The position numbers were made by a program, and so were the translations under genes. Positions 41,114 through 53,785 of a DNA stretch of 64,000 nucleotides are shown here, piece after piece. Under the pieces are notes generated by a model. The model was not told the DNA's origin. It saw only the letters and a list, made by a program, of their open reading frames with translations, and did not search any database. Source of the stretch: Octopus vulgaris (Eukaryota). The stretch covers positions 125,240,001 through 125,304,000 of the forward strand of contig OX597815.1 of assembly GCA_951406725.2 (NCBI GenBank), written 5' to 3'. Numbering within the stretch: the stretch's first letter is position 1; every line of letters starts with the position of its first letter.

Positions 41114-41373
41114 ATTATTTACAATAGACGGGTAGGTGTCCTCACTTTGTTTGTTGTCATCATAATGTTTCAGCTGTTGTACTCTCCAGTGTTCTGGTGG
41201 AATTTTGAACCTAATCTTCTATTTGACTAACAGATTACACTGTTCTCATTCCTAAGGTATGTTGCTGATGACAGCCGATCAGAACACCTGATGAAGACTG
41301 GAGAGTACATCAGCTAAAATATTGTGCTAACAACAAACAAGGTGAGCACACCTACCCATCCATTGTAAATAAT
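41114..41373. mobile_element. Inverted-repeat element, probable Penelope-like pseudo-LTR pair with a degenerate hammerhead core
   Basis: Arms 41114-41190 and 41298-41373; CTGATGAAGACTG..CAGCT at 41288-41315; the opposite arm reads CAGCTGAAACA on the minus strand. Confidence 0.7.
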
Positions 41374-44300
41374 GTACATAATTTCTCATCCCCAAAATAC
41401 AGAAATTCTAAAATTTCCAAAAGCAAAACAGTAAGAAATGCTCTGAATAAGACAAATAAATTTGAGGTGTATTTGGAGTTATCCAACTGAAAATATCTAC
41501 TGTAAGTAAAAAAGAAATGGTTAATTCTAAAACTTTCTTTAACAAATCTAACATATTAAAAGTAGGTATATTAATATCAAAATATGGAATATAAATTTTT
41601 ATATACATTTATATTTCCACTGTTTAAGAGTGATATATTACAAAAGTTTACAAACAAAAGATAAACTCGATGTAAATTTAGTTGAATTAGAATGTCATTT
41701 ACTACTTTTAAATGATAGCAAGACAATTTATGAATGAAAGAAAAATAACAGACAGATCTGAAGAACACATGAACATCATGACTTCTAATATCTATTTCTT
41801 AGAATGCTGAAGCTTCATATACATATAAGAAATCATTTATGCATTCCAGAAAGGTGATAACTGAGGGCAATAAAGCAATAACACTAATCTCATGGGTCAT
41901 TCCATCACCTGCTTTTTAATCTAATTCAACAAAAGGTTTGACAAGCTTTCTCTTATGTTATCTTGTTTAAGTTGTTGCATTTAAAAGGCTAAGAGTAATT
42001 AACTCACTAAGTTCTAAACAGCAGACATTAGTGCATGCAAGTCAACAACAGATGGCCTCCAAGAAGACAAAAGAATCTTTTTAAATACTTTTAAAGCAGC
42101 TGAGATGTAATATGACAATGGCAGAAGAAAAAAATATCAAGGGAGACAATCAAAGAACACAAGACTGATCAAAGTTATGTAACTAATATAATTCATATAA
42201 AATGTTTAGAGACAAAATGTAAAAGCAGATATTATTCTGAGTTCATTTTATTGAAGCAATAGTTGAAGACATGCCAATTTAAACATGAAAGTTCTGGTTG
42301 ATTGAGTGGTTATGAGTTTCAATACTGCAAGATATTAACAATGTTTCTCTGAAATTAAAAGATAGTTTGCTTTATTTTGACACATTGAGAAAAAAATAAA
42401 AGCACCATGTTTATTTAGGAAAGATATCTGAACAAGAGATACTGGATGTCAAGAGTTTGTACAAGGGTCTAAATTGATTTATATTGAAACCAAATACAAA
42501 GTAAAAACCCCTTTGTGTATTGTTTTAAGCTATTAGAATATTAAATGTACAGGACAAAATTCCTAATAGCATTTTCTCATTCGTTTTGATGAAAGAAAAG
42601 GCAGTAAAACTGAAGACTATCTTATTAAATGATATAGCTGAATTGCAGAAGATTGCATATAATTTCAAGTCAAATACTAACAGTGTATGGATATAAATTT
42701 TTGAACTTTCAGCAAATCAGCTCTGTTACTGCCATCATGGTTTTTCAAATACAGTCATATAAGGTTGGCTATATGGCAACAGTAAAGATAAGTGATGAAT
42801 AAACAAATCTAAAAAAGTGGAAGAAAAAGTTTATTCAGAAGAAATTAAGCAAATAGGCCACTGAGGTGTTTAAGTCTTTATTCTTGTATGCTTTTTGTTT
42901 TATTAATTTTGTTGTTGAGTTTTGAGCTAGGCTTTGGTTAATCTGAGAAAAACGAAACAAAAACACTAGAAAAGCTGCCTTTTCATGCAAAGGGTAGGCC
43001 AACATACTCGAAGCCCCTGTTCGATAGCTCTTATTATGCAAATTTCTTGAGAACAATACTTTGTAAATCCACCTTATTGTCATATGCATAATAGACAAAG
43101 ATTTCCAGACCTTATGATGCTATGAGCAGGTGGGTTCTAATGCATTTTGAGGAGGGAGAAAATTGGCTACAGGAGCAAAATTGAGAAACAATACATGAAT
43201 ACTGTTACAACAAAATCTGCTCAACTTTTCACATTGTTCCTGCATTGAAATAAAACACTTTATTCAACAATTACACAATATTTTTTACACCATCTGCCTT
43301 CCATAACTTTACTGAGAACAAGTGGCAATCCACAAAGAAGCCATTCTGGTGAAGAAGTTTGAAACAACAGCATCTGTCTGTTTCTTTACCTAGTGACTAA
43401 GAAATTAAGTTGTCTGCTGAAAAAGAAGTTATATTTTATAGTTTATACAAAGTTAAAAACAACTTTTAACCAACAACACCAAACTATTAAATAAAAATAA
43501 TACCTAAAATTAATTCACCAAAATAAAGCTAATTTTCAAATTAAACAAAATGGAAGATTTAACACATTGATAAAAAGGAAAGTAAATGAAGACAAATATC
43601 AGACTAAGGATTCAAAATGGAAAGTAATTGCTTGTACAACAAATAAAAGAAATTAACATACAAAGATGCTTTCATGGAATTTAAGACAAAAGGAAAGATA
43701 TAGCCTTGTTTCATCTCTCAATTTAAGCAATCTTTGTAGAGATATATACTACATGGAGAAATGGAGATTCAATAAATTTAACCAAGAAATTCAAACTGGT
43801 AAGTAAAGCTTCTGCTATAATTTGTATAAAACGTATAATTTCTTAAGTGTACATGAATATGTCAGATTTGCATAACATCAACATAGTATAATTATTAAAG
43901 TTTAAATTAGTTTTTAAAAATGGCAAGGTTAATGCAGAATGAGCATTGTAAGTTCTGTAACTTTCCAGTGCATGTGGTTCTTCAGTTTCATAAAGAGACC
44001 TAGAATATTTCAAAATATTAATAGTATGTTTCTAAGTTATTAACTAGTAATAGAGATACATGGATGAAAGACTACACACTACTTATGAGCACTGCAGGAT
44101 AAAATAGCGTAACAACAATATATCAGCAAGGCATTTCTTTGCAATACTAAATGCAACATCGCAGTAGCTCATTCACAGCAAAGCTGTTGTTGTCTCTGTA
44201 GACAAACCTAGTAACTAAATGAATAGTTTCATTTACACAGTTACCTATAAAAACCCCACAATCCCATTAACATAAGCTGTCTATAGATACAAAGCTTCTT

Positions 44301-45369
44301 AATTATTCATAAGGTAGGTAGAAAATGAATGCAGTAACCAATGGCACATAGGATAAATCAAGAAGAAAGCCATGGAAATCACATGTTTGCCAATACTGAA
44401 TATAAACGCCAAAGCTAAACAAAAACAACCTCTGGCAGATGGTATCATCTGTTGTTTGTGGTAAGGATCAAACCTTTTCACAAGCTATGACTTTTCTTTC
44501 GAATATTGTAATAAAAAAAATAAAATAAAAAGAAAGCCCCTACTCTTTGTGCTAATTTGATTTTAATTGACAATGAAAAGGAGTGGATTATCAGGTGTAA
44601 TAAAGATGTGTTTTACCTATTAACCCCCTCTCCTAGGGTGTCAGCTGGGTTCCACAGCTGATAGAATGGCTCATCGTCTGCTGTGGGTGTAAGACAAAGA
44701 GCTTCCAAATGAAAAAATCCAAAACAGGTGTTTGTTTTTTTTCTCACCAACAGCATGCAAAAACAACTAAACATGCTTTTCTTTATCATTCATCCAAAGG
44801 GTTTTAGAGACAAAAGAAGAACACAATGCTAGAAGATACATCATAACCTTATAAAAAGTTTTATAACACACATACACAACTATGTATATAGATATATATA
44901 TATACACGCATATATATGCAGGCACATAAATTTATATACATACATACATAAACACACACACATATATATGTATGCATGTGTATGTGCATACATGTACACA
45001 CACACACACAAAGTCTATTCATCATATAATTCCCTTATAATTAAAGTTAGTATCTGCAATATTTAAGAGTTTGTATATACATCTGTAGTAGGAGTAACTG
45101 AGAGCACACAAACACACTCACACTCACACACACACATGTATATGTGAACATACACACATTTGTATATATGAACACACAATGAGGTGCTTTATGACCATCT
45201 GAAGGTTATTACTTAAAACAAACTAAATGCTGAGTTAAACTGGATAAGCTGAAATAATTTCCCATCTTCATTACCACAGATAAATTTCATGTGATATCTC
45301 AATGCTTAATATGCATTAGGAAATGTCATGTATGTGTGTGTATTTTTACTGAGGTGCTAACAAGTATAT

Positions 45370-45760
45370 AAAGATGAAAGAGGAGTTCCAGAAGATTGCA
45401 ATTCTGGGAAGGAAGACTTAAATAGTGTTTGGAAAATGAAACAGTAATGATGATGAGAGGGGAAATATTGGTGCATTAGAGGGATCTTGGTGGGTGTGGA
45501 AGGTAGTGCAATAGCTTAAAGGAACATAAAACATGGTATGGCAGTAGGAGAGATAATGTAGAGAAAGAGTGCATTTGTGTTCTAGTGGTCATAACCAATA
45601 GAAGTTAGTGAAAGTTTTGCCAATCAAGCAGATGTGGTCTAAAATGTTTCACTGTGTAGCAGCAGCAAGGTTCCAAATATTTGATGAGTGCTTCATTATG
45701 AACTGCCCTTGTACCTTGTAGATGGTCTGTAATTATTCATAGAAGTTGCAGCTTCTAGAG
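45370..45760 (-). mobile_element. Ancient CR1-group LINE C-terminal relic
   Basis: Minus-strand IYKVQ..IMKHSSNIW and SFPRIAIFWNS fragments. Confidence 0.4.
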
Positions 45761-45879
45761 ATGGTTTAGATTTTGAAATGGATGTATCATTATGTTGTAG
45801 TGGTTGTGAACTGCAACATTTCAGCCGTATGTTATTCATAAATAGGGAAGAGTAGCATTGCAATACAGTGTTTTTGATA

Positions 45880-46687
45880 CAAGATGGTTGCACAAAATTT
45901 GATAGTTTGCATAAAAAGAAAAAAAAAACACAATACCCCATTCAAAAATAAAAGTATTTTTTAAAAAATCAAAAAATATCAACTAGATTATGGTTGGGAG
46001 ATAACAGTTTATTTGAAGTAACCATCTTCAGCTTCCACAACTCCAGAACCAGGTGCATGCATTTCTCATTATGTTCCTGGGAAGATCTTCACATACCGCC
46101 TTGATCTTGGCCACTAGTTTGGCCTTGGTGTTGCAGGCAGAGTGGTTTGATGTCTTTCTCAACCGTACCTCAGACATAGTAATCCATAGGATTACAATTG
46201 GGGAAATTAAGAGGCCAGAAATTGGAGCTGGTGAAGTCATAAAAATTCTCAGACAACCATGTCTGACTCTTTCCAGAGATATGGCAAGTAGCCAAATCCT
46301 GCTACCACACATGTGACCTTCCAGCAGCAAGCCTCTCCAGCCAAGATTGACCACAGTCTCCAACAACTTTACACAGTTTTCTGAATTGAGTCTAAGGCCC
46401 TGTTCAAAGATGTGAGGATGAATTCCAGTGTGCAGGTGCAGTCAGAATGCCCACTGTATCCCTTCCTGCTGGCCACAGATTCACAGTCATGATGTCAGCA
46501 TTTTAATACCCAAGTAACTATTTTCCAATGTTTGAAAAGTTTCCAGTCCTCCATGTCAGCTAAATTTTTCTCAACCACACCTTTAATCTTTCTGCTCTCC
46601 AACACTGTTGACTACCAATACATCAAGCTGTTTCTGAAAAAAAAAGAGACATAAAAAAACCCCATCAAATTTAGCTCAAACACCCTG
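45880..46687 (-). mobile_element. Internally deleted DD37D (maT-type) transposon
   Basis: W*QD-LATCHISGKSQTWLSENFYDFTSSNFWPLNFPNCNPM-D gives 37 residues between the aspartates; degenerate TA-flanked TIRs CAAGATGGTTGCACAAAATTTGAT and CAGGGTGTTTGAGCTAAATTTGAT. Confidence 0.78.
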
Positions 46688-47784
46688 TATATGCAATGAC
46701 TGATTGTTGGTACCATTGAAGGAGACAAAATAATCATGCCCTCTATAGAGAATCCTTCACAGTTCCTGTTCATTAGAGCAGTGCAAGTCTGGCACAAGAT
46801 ATGTAGGTAATGTCTGGATAATATACATGCACAGAGAATTAAGTAAGAGATAAAAATTGAAATATCTGTAGAGGAATATGATTGACTATAAGTAACAAGA
46901 AGTATGTCATGGTAGGGAAGATTGATGAATGCACGGCTAAGTCAACAGAATATGAATCAAGTAGAGTCCCTATCAACTCAACAGGGAACTGTGACAAAAT
47001 ATTACTGATACACATGATAATAGATCAGCAGCAGTGATAGATAAGCAACTTCACTTAGAAGTTTTCATTTAGAAACAATCAATGATTCTCCTAATGTTGT
47101 CTATCTCCAAACCATCCTTGGTTGATGAAAGGTGTTCCCATCTTGGCCACTTTGTCTTGTATTTAGATATGGTACCTAGGACTCAATTATCCAAAGTATT
47201 TTCCTTTTTTTAAGACAGTTGCATGAGATTTAAGAAAAAAATTTAGCAAATTGAAAAATCACCTAGAAGACCCATTTTTCATGGACTTCTCAAAATTATT
47301 TTTTCCCCAAATAAAACAATAATTCTATTTAACTTCTCAAAAAGTAAGTAAAATTGATTAATGCTATAGAGAATCAGCCCCCAGTAAATATAGATCAACA
47401 GAAGCTGTCCTGGTGGTCAAAGACATTGAAAATGTCCAAGGTAAAAACGGAAGTGGTCTTGCCTTTTTTAAGACAGTAGGGATATTCAAATGTAACTTCT
47501 AACTGATAGTGAAACTGCATAGAGGGTTCATTGTTGGATCATAGGGAGATAAGCCAATTCAAGTGGATGGAATCCTTTATACTAGTGCTTCACAAACTCT
47601 TTTTCTTAACTATTCTTCCCTTTCCTTTACTAAAATTTTTTCAACCCCCTTTTGCTACAATTCAACAAAACAAAATCAAATACACAACAAATTCTTGCTA
47701 ACAGATTGATCACCAATAAAAGAACTTGCACATAAGTCATTTCTCCAATATATGGAACATCAAAAATTATTAGTAAAAAATATA

Positions 47785-48060
47785 TAGCACCCAGTCCACA
47801 CTGTAAAGTGGTTGGTGTTCGGAAGGGCATACAGTTGTAAAAACCTTGCCAAAACTGACCTCACTTGTGCTTGTGCTATGTAAAAAGCATCATGTCCACT
47901 CTGCTGAGTGGTTGGTGTTAGGAAGGGCATCCAGCTGTAAAAATCCTGCCAAAACAGTCACAGAAGTCTGTTGCAGGCTTCTGCCTGGCCAGCTCTTGTG
48001 AGACCATCCCATCTATGCTAGCATGGAAGGCAGATGTTAAACAATGATGATGATGATGAT
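47785..48060 (+). mobile_element. RTE 3' tail copy with a duplicated GGTTGGTGTT-GGAAGGGCAT segment
   Basis: Two successive GTGGTTGGTGTT(C/A)GGAAGGGCAT..GTAAAAA..GCCAAAAC units and a (GAT)n tail. Confidence 0.75.
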
Positions 48061-48662
48061 ATGTGTTTTGAATTATATTTTTGTTTATTGCATATAATTT
48101 ACATGCATGAGTGGTTTTGTTTTTACTTATTCACATTTTCAAATCTGTTACTATTGTTGATGCTATTACTGTTGTTATGGTCATTGGTGTGCTTGTGGCT
48201 AACAAGTAGACTAACAAAATATTAGACATTTTTTTAAAGTTAATATTTAAGAGAAAAAAAAAGGCTACAAAACTATAAAGATGCCTCAATTGTTCCTAAT
48301 CATCCTCATTGTCTCCAGTACACAAGCAAAATTATCCACTGCCACCCAGGGAGTGATACTGGACACTTTGAGAAGCACTGCTCTATGTGGTTACTCAACC
48401 TGTTAGAAACAGCAGCCAAATTTCACCTAAATCTAACCCTATCATCTTAAAAACGATTTCTAGCATTCCATTGAATAATATAACATGGGAAACATGATGT
48501 TAAAATGAAAGAGGGTTTCATGGCTAGCTGTGAATCTCTGAGCTGGGGTTCAACAACAGTTGCTGCTTGAGGAGGTGAGGGTATGATTGTTTATTTGAGT
48601 AAAAGTAACTGTAGTTCACATGCTTCTTCCCTCTGCGTACATAGTAGTGATATATAAATATA

Positions 48663-49030
48663 TACAAGGTTTGATCGATAAAAATTCAGGCTGTAATGAA
48701 GCTAAAACATGCAGAGTGAAGCTGCTTGGCAAAAATTGACCTTGAACTCTGTTGTGCAGGTGCACAAAGTTTAAACATTCTCGCTCACTTCCACTGTGTA
48801 CAGCAGTGCTTGGAAGGAAGATGTGTAGCATGTGATTGTTGAATTGACCATGACAGAGAAAATTGTCATGGCAATACCTGCTCAGAGGTCTCCACAAAGT
48901 TGCAAAAAGTGTATGGAGAGGAGTGTATGAGCTGCACACAAGTGTGCAAGTGGTTCAGACATTCCCAGATGGCCAAGAAAATGTCAATAGTGAGGAACAT
49001 TCTGGGAGACCTGCAACCAGCAGAACTGAG
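48663..49030 (+). mobile_element. mariner-like 5' relic truncated by a CR1 fragment
   Basis: TACAAGGTTTGATCGATAAAAATTC terminus-like sequence; DGQENVNSEEHSGRPATSRTE motif. Confidence 0.55.
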
Positions 49031-49039
49031 AAAACATCG

Positions 49040-50318
49040 CATAAAAACATAATAGAGCTGTCTATGTTTGGGCCGAAAGTAACCAGAGACATACAGCCTA
49101 AAGGAAGCACCTGAAATCTCTCAATCTGAACTTCCACAAAGCAGATTGGAAATCGATCCAAAAAAGAGATCCTCAGAGAGGACTGGCCGAAATGTCTCTC
49201 CACACCAGACATTGACATGAAACTAGAATGTTTCATGTCTTCTGTGCAAGCCATATGCCAGAAATATGTCCCAGAGCACAGGACCAAAACAAATAGGAGC
49301 AAGATTCCAAGGGAGAGGAAGATCCTCATGAGACGACAGACGAAATTTGCAAATTGACTCAACCAATATCCCAAAAGTAGCGAGACGTCCCACCTAAAAA
49401 CAACACTGATGGAGATCGAAAAAGGCTGCAACAATCCTATGTGAGGGAGAAAGCAGACAAAGAAGCCTGGGTTATAAAAAACATTAAGTCAAACCCAAAG
49501 GCCTTCTTTCATTATGCGAAAGAAACAGCTTCAGTACACCACAAGATAGGACCACTCCTCCAAAAGGATGGCTCCCTCACAGACAGTCCATCTAAGATCA
49601 GTGAGATACTGAATGATCAGATCAGAAGTGGAGCACAGACAAGTGAATGAACCAGTGGACTTCTTTGCCGCCTCACCTATAACCAGCGAGGCAGTTACAA
49701 TGAAATACATTGACATTAGTGAAGAAGATATACTACTAGCCATAAATGAAGTGGACACAAACTCAACTGCTGGTCCTAATGGTTTCCCAGCAATCCTCCT
49801 CAAATCGTGTAAGCATGCCCTGGCAAAACCCCTCCAGATACTCTTCCAGAGCTTTCTTACAAATGGGAAACTGCCAAGCACGCTGAATGAGGGGAATAAT
49901 ATGCTCAATACATAAAAGGGGAAGTAGGGCAGATGCCAAAAACTATAGGCCTATCTCTCTGACTTCACACATCAGCAAAGTCATGGAACGGACAGTCAGA
50001 GGGAAACTAATCGTATTCCTTGAAGAAAATAACTTGCTGAGTGATACCCAGCATGGTTTTCGACCAGGTAGGAGCTGCCTGACCCAGCTCTTATAACATT
50101 ATGACTGGGTGTTGAGGCAGTCACTCAACAAATCAAATGTGGACATATAAGGTACCTTGATTTTGCAAAAGCTTTTGACAAGGTGGATCATGGTATGATA
50201 TGCCACAAACTGCGTGACCTTGGCATAGCTGGAAAACTTGGAGAGTGGTTACATGACTTTCTGAAAGATAGGAGTCAGGCAGTAGTGGCTAATGGAGCCA
50301 CCTCTATGAACACACAAA
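49040..50318 (+). mobile_element. CR1-like LINE internal fragment (RT N-terminal half)
   Basis: IKSNPKAFFHY, AGPNGFPAILLK, NYRPISLTSHISKVME, QHGFRPGRSCLTQL and YLDFAKAFDKVDH, with several frameshifts. Confidence 0.9.
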
Positions 50319-50322
50319 TATG

Positions 50323-50368
<46 letters not shown>

Positions 50369-50370
<2 letters not shown>

Positions 50371-50758
50371 TACAGGAGTGGCTGTGTGGTAAGTAGCTTG
50401 CTTACCAACCATGGGTTCAGTCCCACTGCATTGCATCTTGAGCAAGTGTCTTCTACTATAGCCGCGGACCAACCAAAACCTTGAGTGGATATGGTAGACG
50501 GAAACTGAAAGAAGCCCGTGGTATATATGTATATGTATGTTTGTATGTCTGTGTTTATCCTCCCAACATCACTTGACAACCGATGCTGGTGTGTTTACGT
50601 CCCCGTAACCTAGCGGTTCAGCAAAAAAGACAAATAGGATAAGTACTAGGCTTACAAAGAATAAATCCTGGGGTTGATTTGCTCGACTAAAGGCGGTGCT
50701 CCAGCATGGCCACAGTCAAATGGCTGAAACAAGTAAAAGTGAAAAGAGTAAAAGAGAG
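50369..50758 (+). mobile_element. Full-length tRNA-derived SINE family A
   Basis: A-box-like TGGCTGTGTGG, B-box-like GGTTCAGTCC, an internal microsatellite and a (TAAAAGAG)-like tail. Confidence 0.85.
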
Positions 50759-50761
50759 AAT

Positions 50762-52034
50762 ATCATCATCATCATCCTCATCATCGTTTAACGTCCATTT
50801 TCCATGCTAGCATGGTTGGACGGTTCGACCGGAATCTGGGAAGCCAGGAGGCTGCACCAGGCTCCAGTCTGATCTGGTAGTGTTTCTACAGCTGGATGCC
50901 CTTCCTAACGCCAACGACTCTGTGAGTGTAGTGGGTGCCTTTTATATGCCACTGGTATAGGTGCCAGGGGAGGCTGGCAACGGCCACGATCGGTTGGTGC
51001 TTTTTACGTGCCACCAACACAGAAGCCAGTTGAGGCAGCGCTGGCATCGGCCATGTTCGTATGGTGCTTTTTACGTGCCACTGGCACAAGTATCACAACT
51101 ACAATTTCCATTTGATTTTTATCTTGATGTTGATGTACTTGACTCAACAGGTCTCCTCAAGCACAGCAGGTCGCCACATGATCCAAAGTAAGCACAGCGG
51201 TCCAAGGCACTCTAAATGGGCTGGGTCTGCTATGTGAAGCTGGTGCAGAAAACAGCCATGAATTCACTTCATTTGTTGGGTGTTTGCAGTCACAGCATAT
51301 CTCCAGAGATCTCGGTCTTTCGTCATTGTCTCTGTGAGGCCCAACGTTCGAAGGTCATGCTTGACCACCTCATCGCATGTCTTCCTGGGTCTACCTCTAC
51401 TCCGGATTCCTTCAACTCTTTGGGAGTGGCACTTCTTCACACATCTCCACTTATTCATCTGTAGTATATGACCATACCTGCACAAACGTCTCTCTTGCAC
51501 ACCACATCCAATGCTTCTTATGTCCAGCATTTCTCTCAGGGCGCTCACACTCTGTCGTGTGTGCACACTGACACTGCACATCCAGCGGGTCATTCTAGCT
51601 TCATTTCTTTCAAGCCTACGCATGTCATCAGCAGTCACAGCCCATATTTCCCTACAGTGAAGCATGGCAGTTTGCACACATGCATCGTACAATCTACCTT
51701 TCACTCTGAGCGAGAGACCCTTTGCAACCAGTAGGGGTAGAAGCTTTCTAAACTTTGACCAGGCTATTCATATTCTAGTGGTGACACTCTCTGAGCATCC
51801 ACCTCCACTACTAACTTTGTCACCTAGGTAGCAGAAACTATCAACTACTTCTAGTTTCTCCCCCTGGAGTGTGATGGAATCTGTTTTCTGAGAATCTGTG
51901 GTGTCTATTGCCCCTGTGCATCAGCCACACACGAAAGCTATCTTCTTGGTTAATTTTCCTTTGATGTTGCTGCACCTCTTATGTGTCCCTAGCTTACACT
52001 GGGTACATCTTATGGAGTTTCTACCTACACCTTC
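50762..52034 (-). mobile_element. RTE LINE 3' 1.3 kb (ORF C-terminus, 3' UTR and tail)
   Basis: ORF 51264-51704 KGRLYDACV...LERNEARMTRW...[16 protein letters not shown]; (CAT)n at 50762. Confidence 0.9.
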
Positions 52035-52035
52035 A

Positions 52036-52068
<33 letters not shown>

Positions 52069-52099
52069 CATTATATATATATGTGAAAGATTCAAAGAG

Positions 52100-52732
52100 A
52101 TAAAGCCAGTATGCTCTGCCAACAACAGAGTGTAAGCGATTTGAGTGAAAAATTGTGTATACAAGGCATCAGATGTAGTATGTAAAGGAGAAGACTATGA
52201 TGGTATGGCCATGTAATGCATATGAATGAAGAAAGTTGCAGCAAGAGATGCTGATCCCTAATTGTAGAGGGAACATGTGGAAGGGGTAGACTCAGGGAGA
52301 CATGGGACGAAGTGGTGACAAAGGATCTACAGATATTGGGATTCACTGAGGGAATGACAAGGGACCCGATACTTCTGGTGGTTTGCTGTGCTTGAAAAGA
52401 CACATCAAGCTAAGTTAAAGTGTGGTTGCCCTTGCATAGAGGCTTGTCCCCTGTATCCTTCTCCAGCTGATCATTCCTAATCTTGCAGGCACGTAGGTGC
52501 TGGTGCCACGTAAAAAGCATCCATACTCATGCCACACAAATACATCCATGCCAGTTCTGCATAAAAGCATCCAGTACATGCTGTAAAGTGGTTAGTGTTC
52601 AGAAGGGCGTCCGGCCATAGAAACCATGCCAAAATGGACATGAAGCTTGAGCAGCTCTTCAGCTGACCAGCTTCTGTCAAACCATCCAATCCATGCCAAC
52701 ATGGAAAACAGACATTAAATGATGATGATGAT
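52100..52732 (+). mobile_element. Older RTE LINE 3' fragment
   Basis: [26 protein letters not shown] and a (GAT)n tail. Confidence 0.8.
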
Positions 52733-53574
52733 GTTACATAATACTTATTTTTCTGGGAGCAATTAAAAATTAACTCTGACCTTCTTTTGAAGATGGTTTT
52801 ACCCTTGCAGATACTAAGGAGACAAAACTGTTTTGAAATATTTAAGTTAGGGTATATGACACATATATAAAATATTCAGAGCTGTTTTTAGCTTGCTAAA
52901 TACAAGCTTATAAGGTAGTGTATTGATGAATAACTAAAGCAATTATGCAGAGATATAAATGATACTTGAATTACATATGTGTGAATGACTTGGTAACATG
53001 TACCCTGCTTTTACTAATTGTTTTAGATGCCTATGTAGTTGTGAGCAGATACAGACATCCTCTCAGCCTTCTCATTTTTGACCAAGCATAATATGCAGAA
53101 TGCAATAGCTGGAGGGGGAAGGAGCTGCACCAACACCAAGCTAGTACTCATTGCAACTGAGTAGACTGGAGCAGCATTAAATAAATGGTCTTGCTCAAAG
53201 CAATAATGCACCTCTACTAGCTGATCATGAGCCAAACACCTTATTGCTTAGACTATACATCTTCACTGCTGAAAATAGATAATGTACATTGATGAGCTTT
53301 GGCTTTTACATGCAACATTTGTACATATCATAATGTAAATGCTTCTCATAGCTTGAAGGAATTGATGAAAGTAGTACCCTAGTTTTATGTAATTAAGAGA
53401 ATGAGAAATAAATACCAACTCCATGCAGAAAACCAGTCTATCATAAATAAAATTTCCAGAGGATCTGGTACCTAAATCATGGAGTAGAATAAACAGAGAT
53501 ATGAAGAATTAATGAGTGTGTCAAAATACACAGTGGATTTAAGCATAAGCCTATGGCTAAGTGTAAGTATTTAT

Positions 53575-53785
53575 TTCAAATTTTGGCACAAGGCCAGCAT
53601 TTTCAGAGGAGGTGTAAGTCAACTACACTGACCCCAGTGCTCAATTTGTGCTTATTTCATCAACCTCAGGATGAAAAACAAAGCCAACTTCAGCAGGATT
53701 TGAACTCAGAACATAAAGACAAGCAAAATGTCACTAAGCATCTAGCTTGGTACGGAATTGATTCTGCCAGCTCACCACCCTATCC
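53575..53785 (-). mobile_element. SINE family B, degraded
   Basis: GGCACAAGGCC...GACCCCAGT...GGATTTGAACTCAGAAC...TTCTGCCAGCTCACC. Confidence 0.7.
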
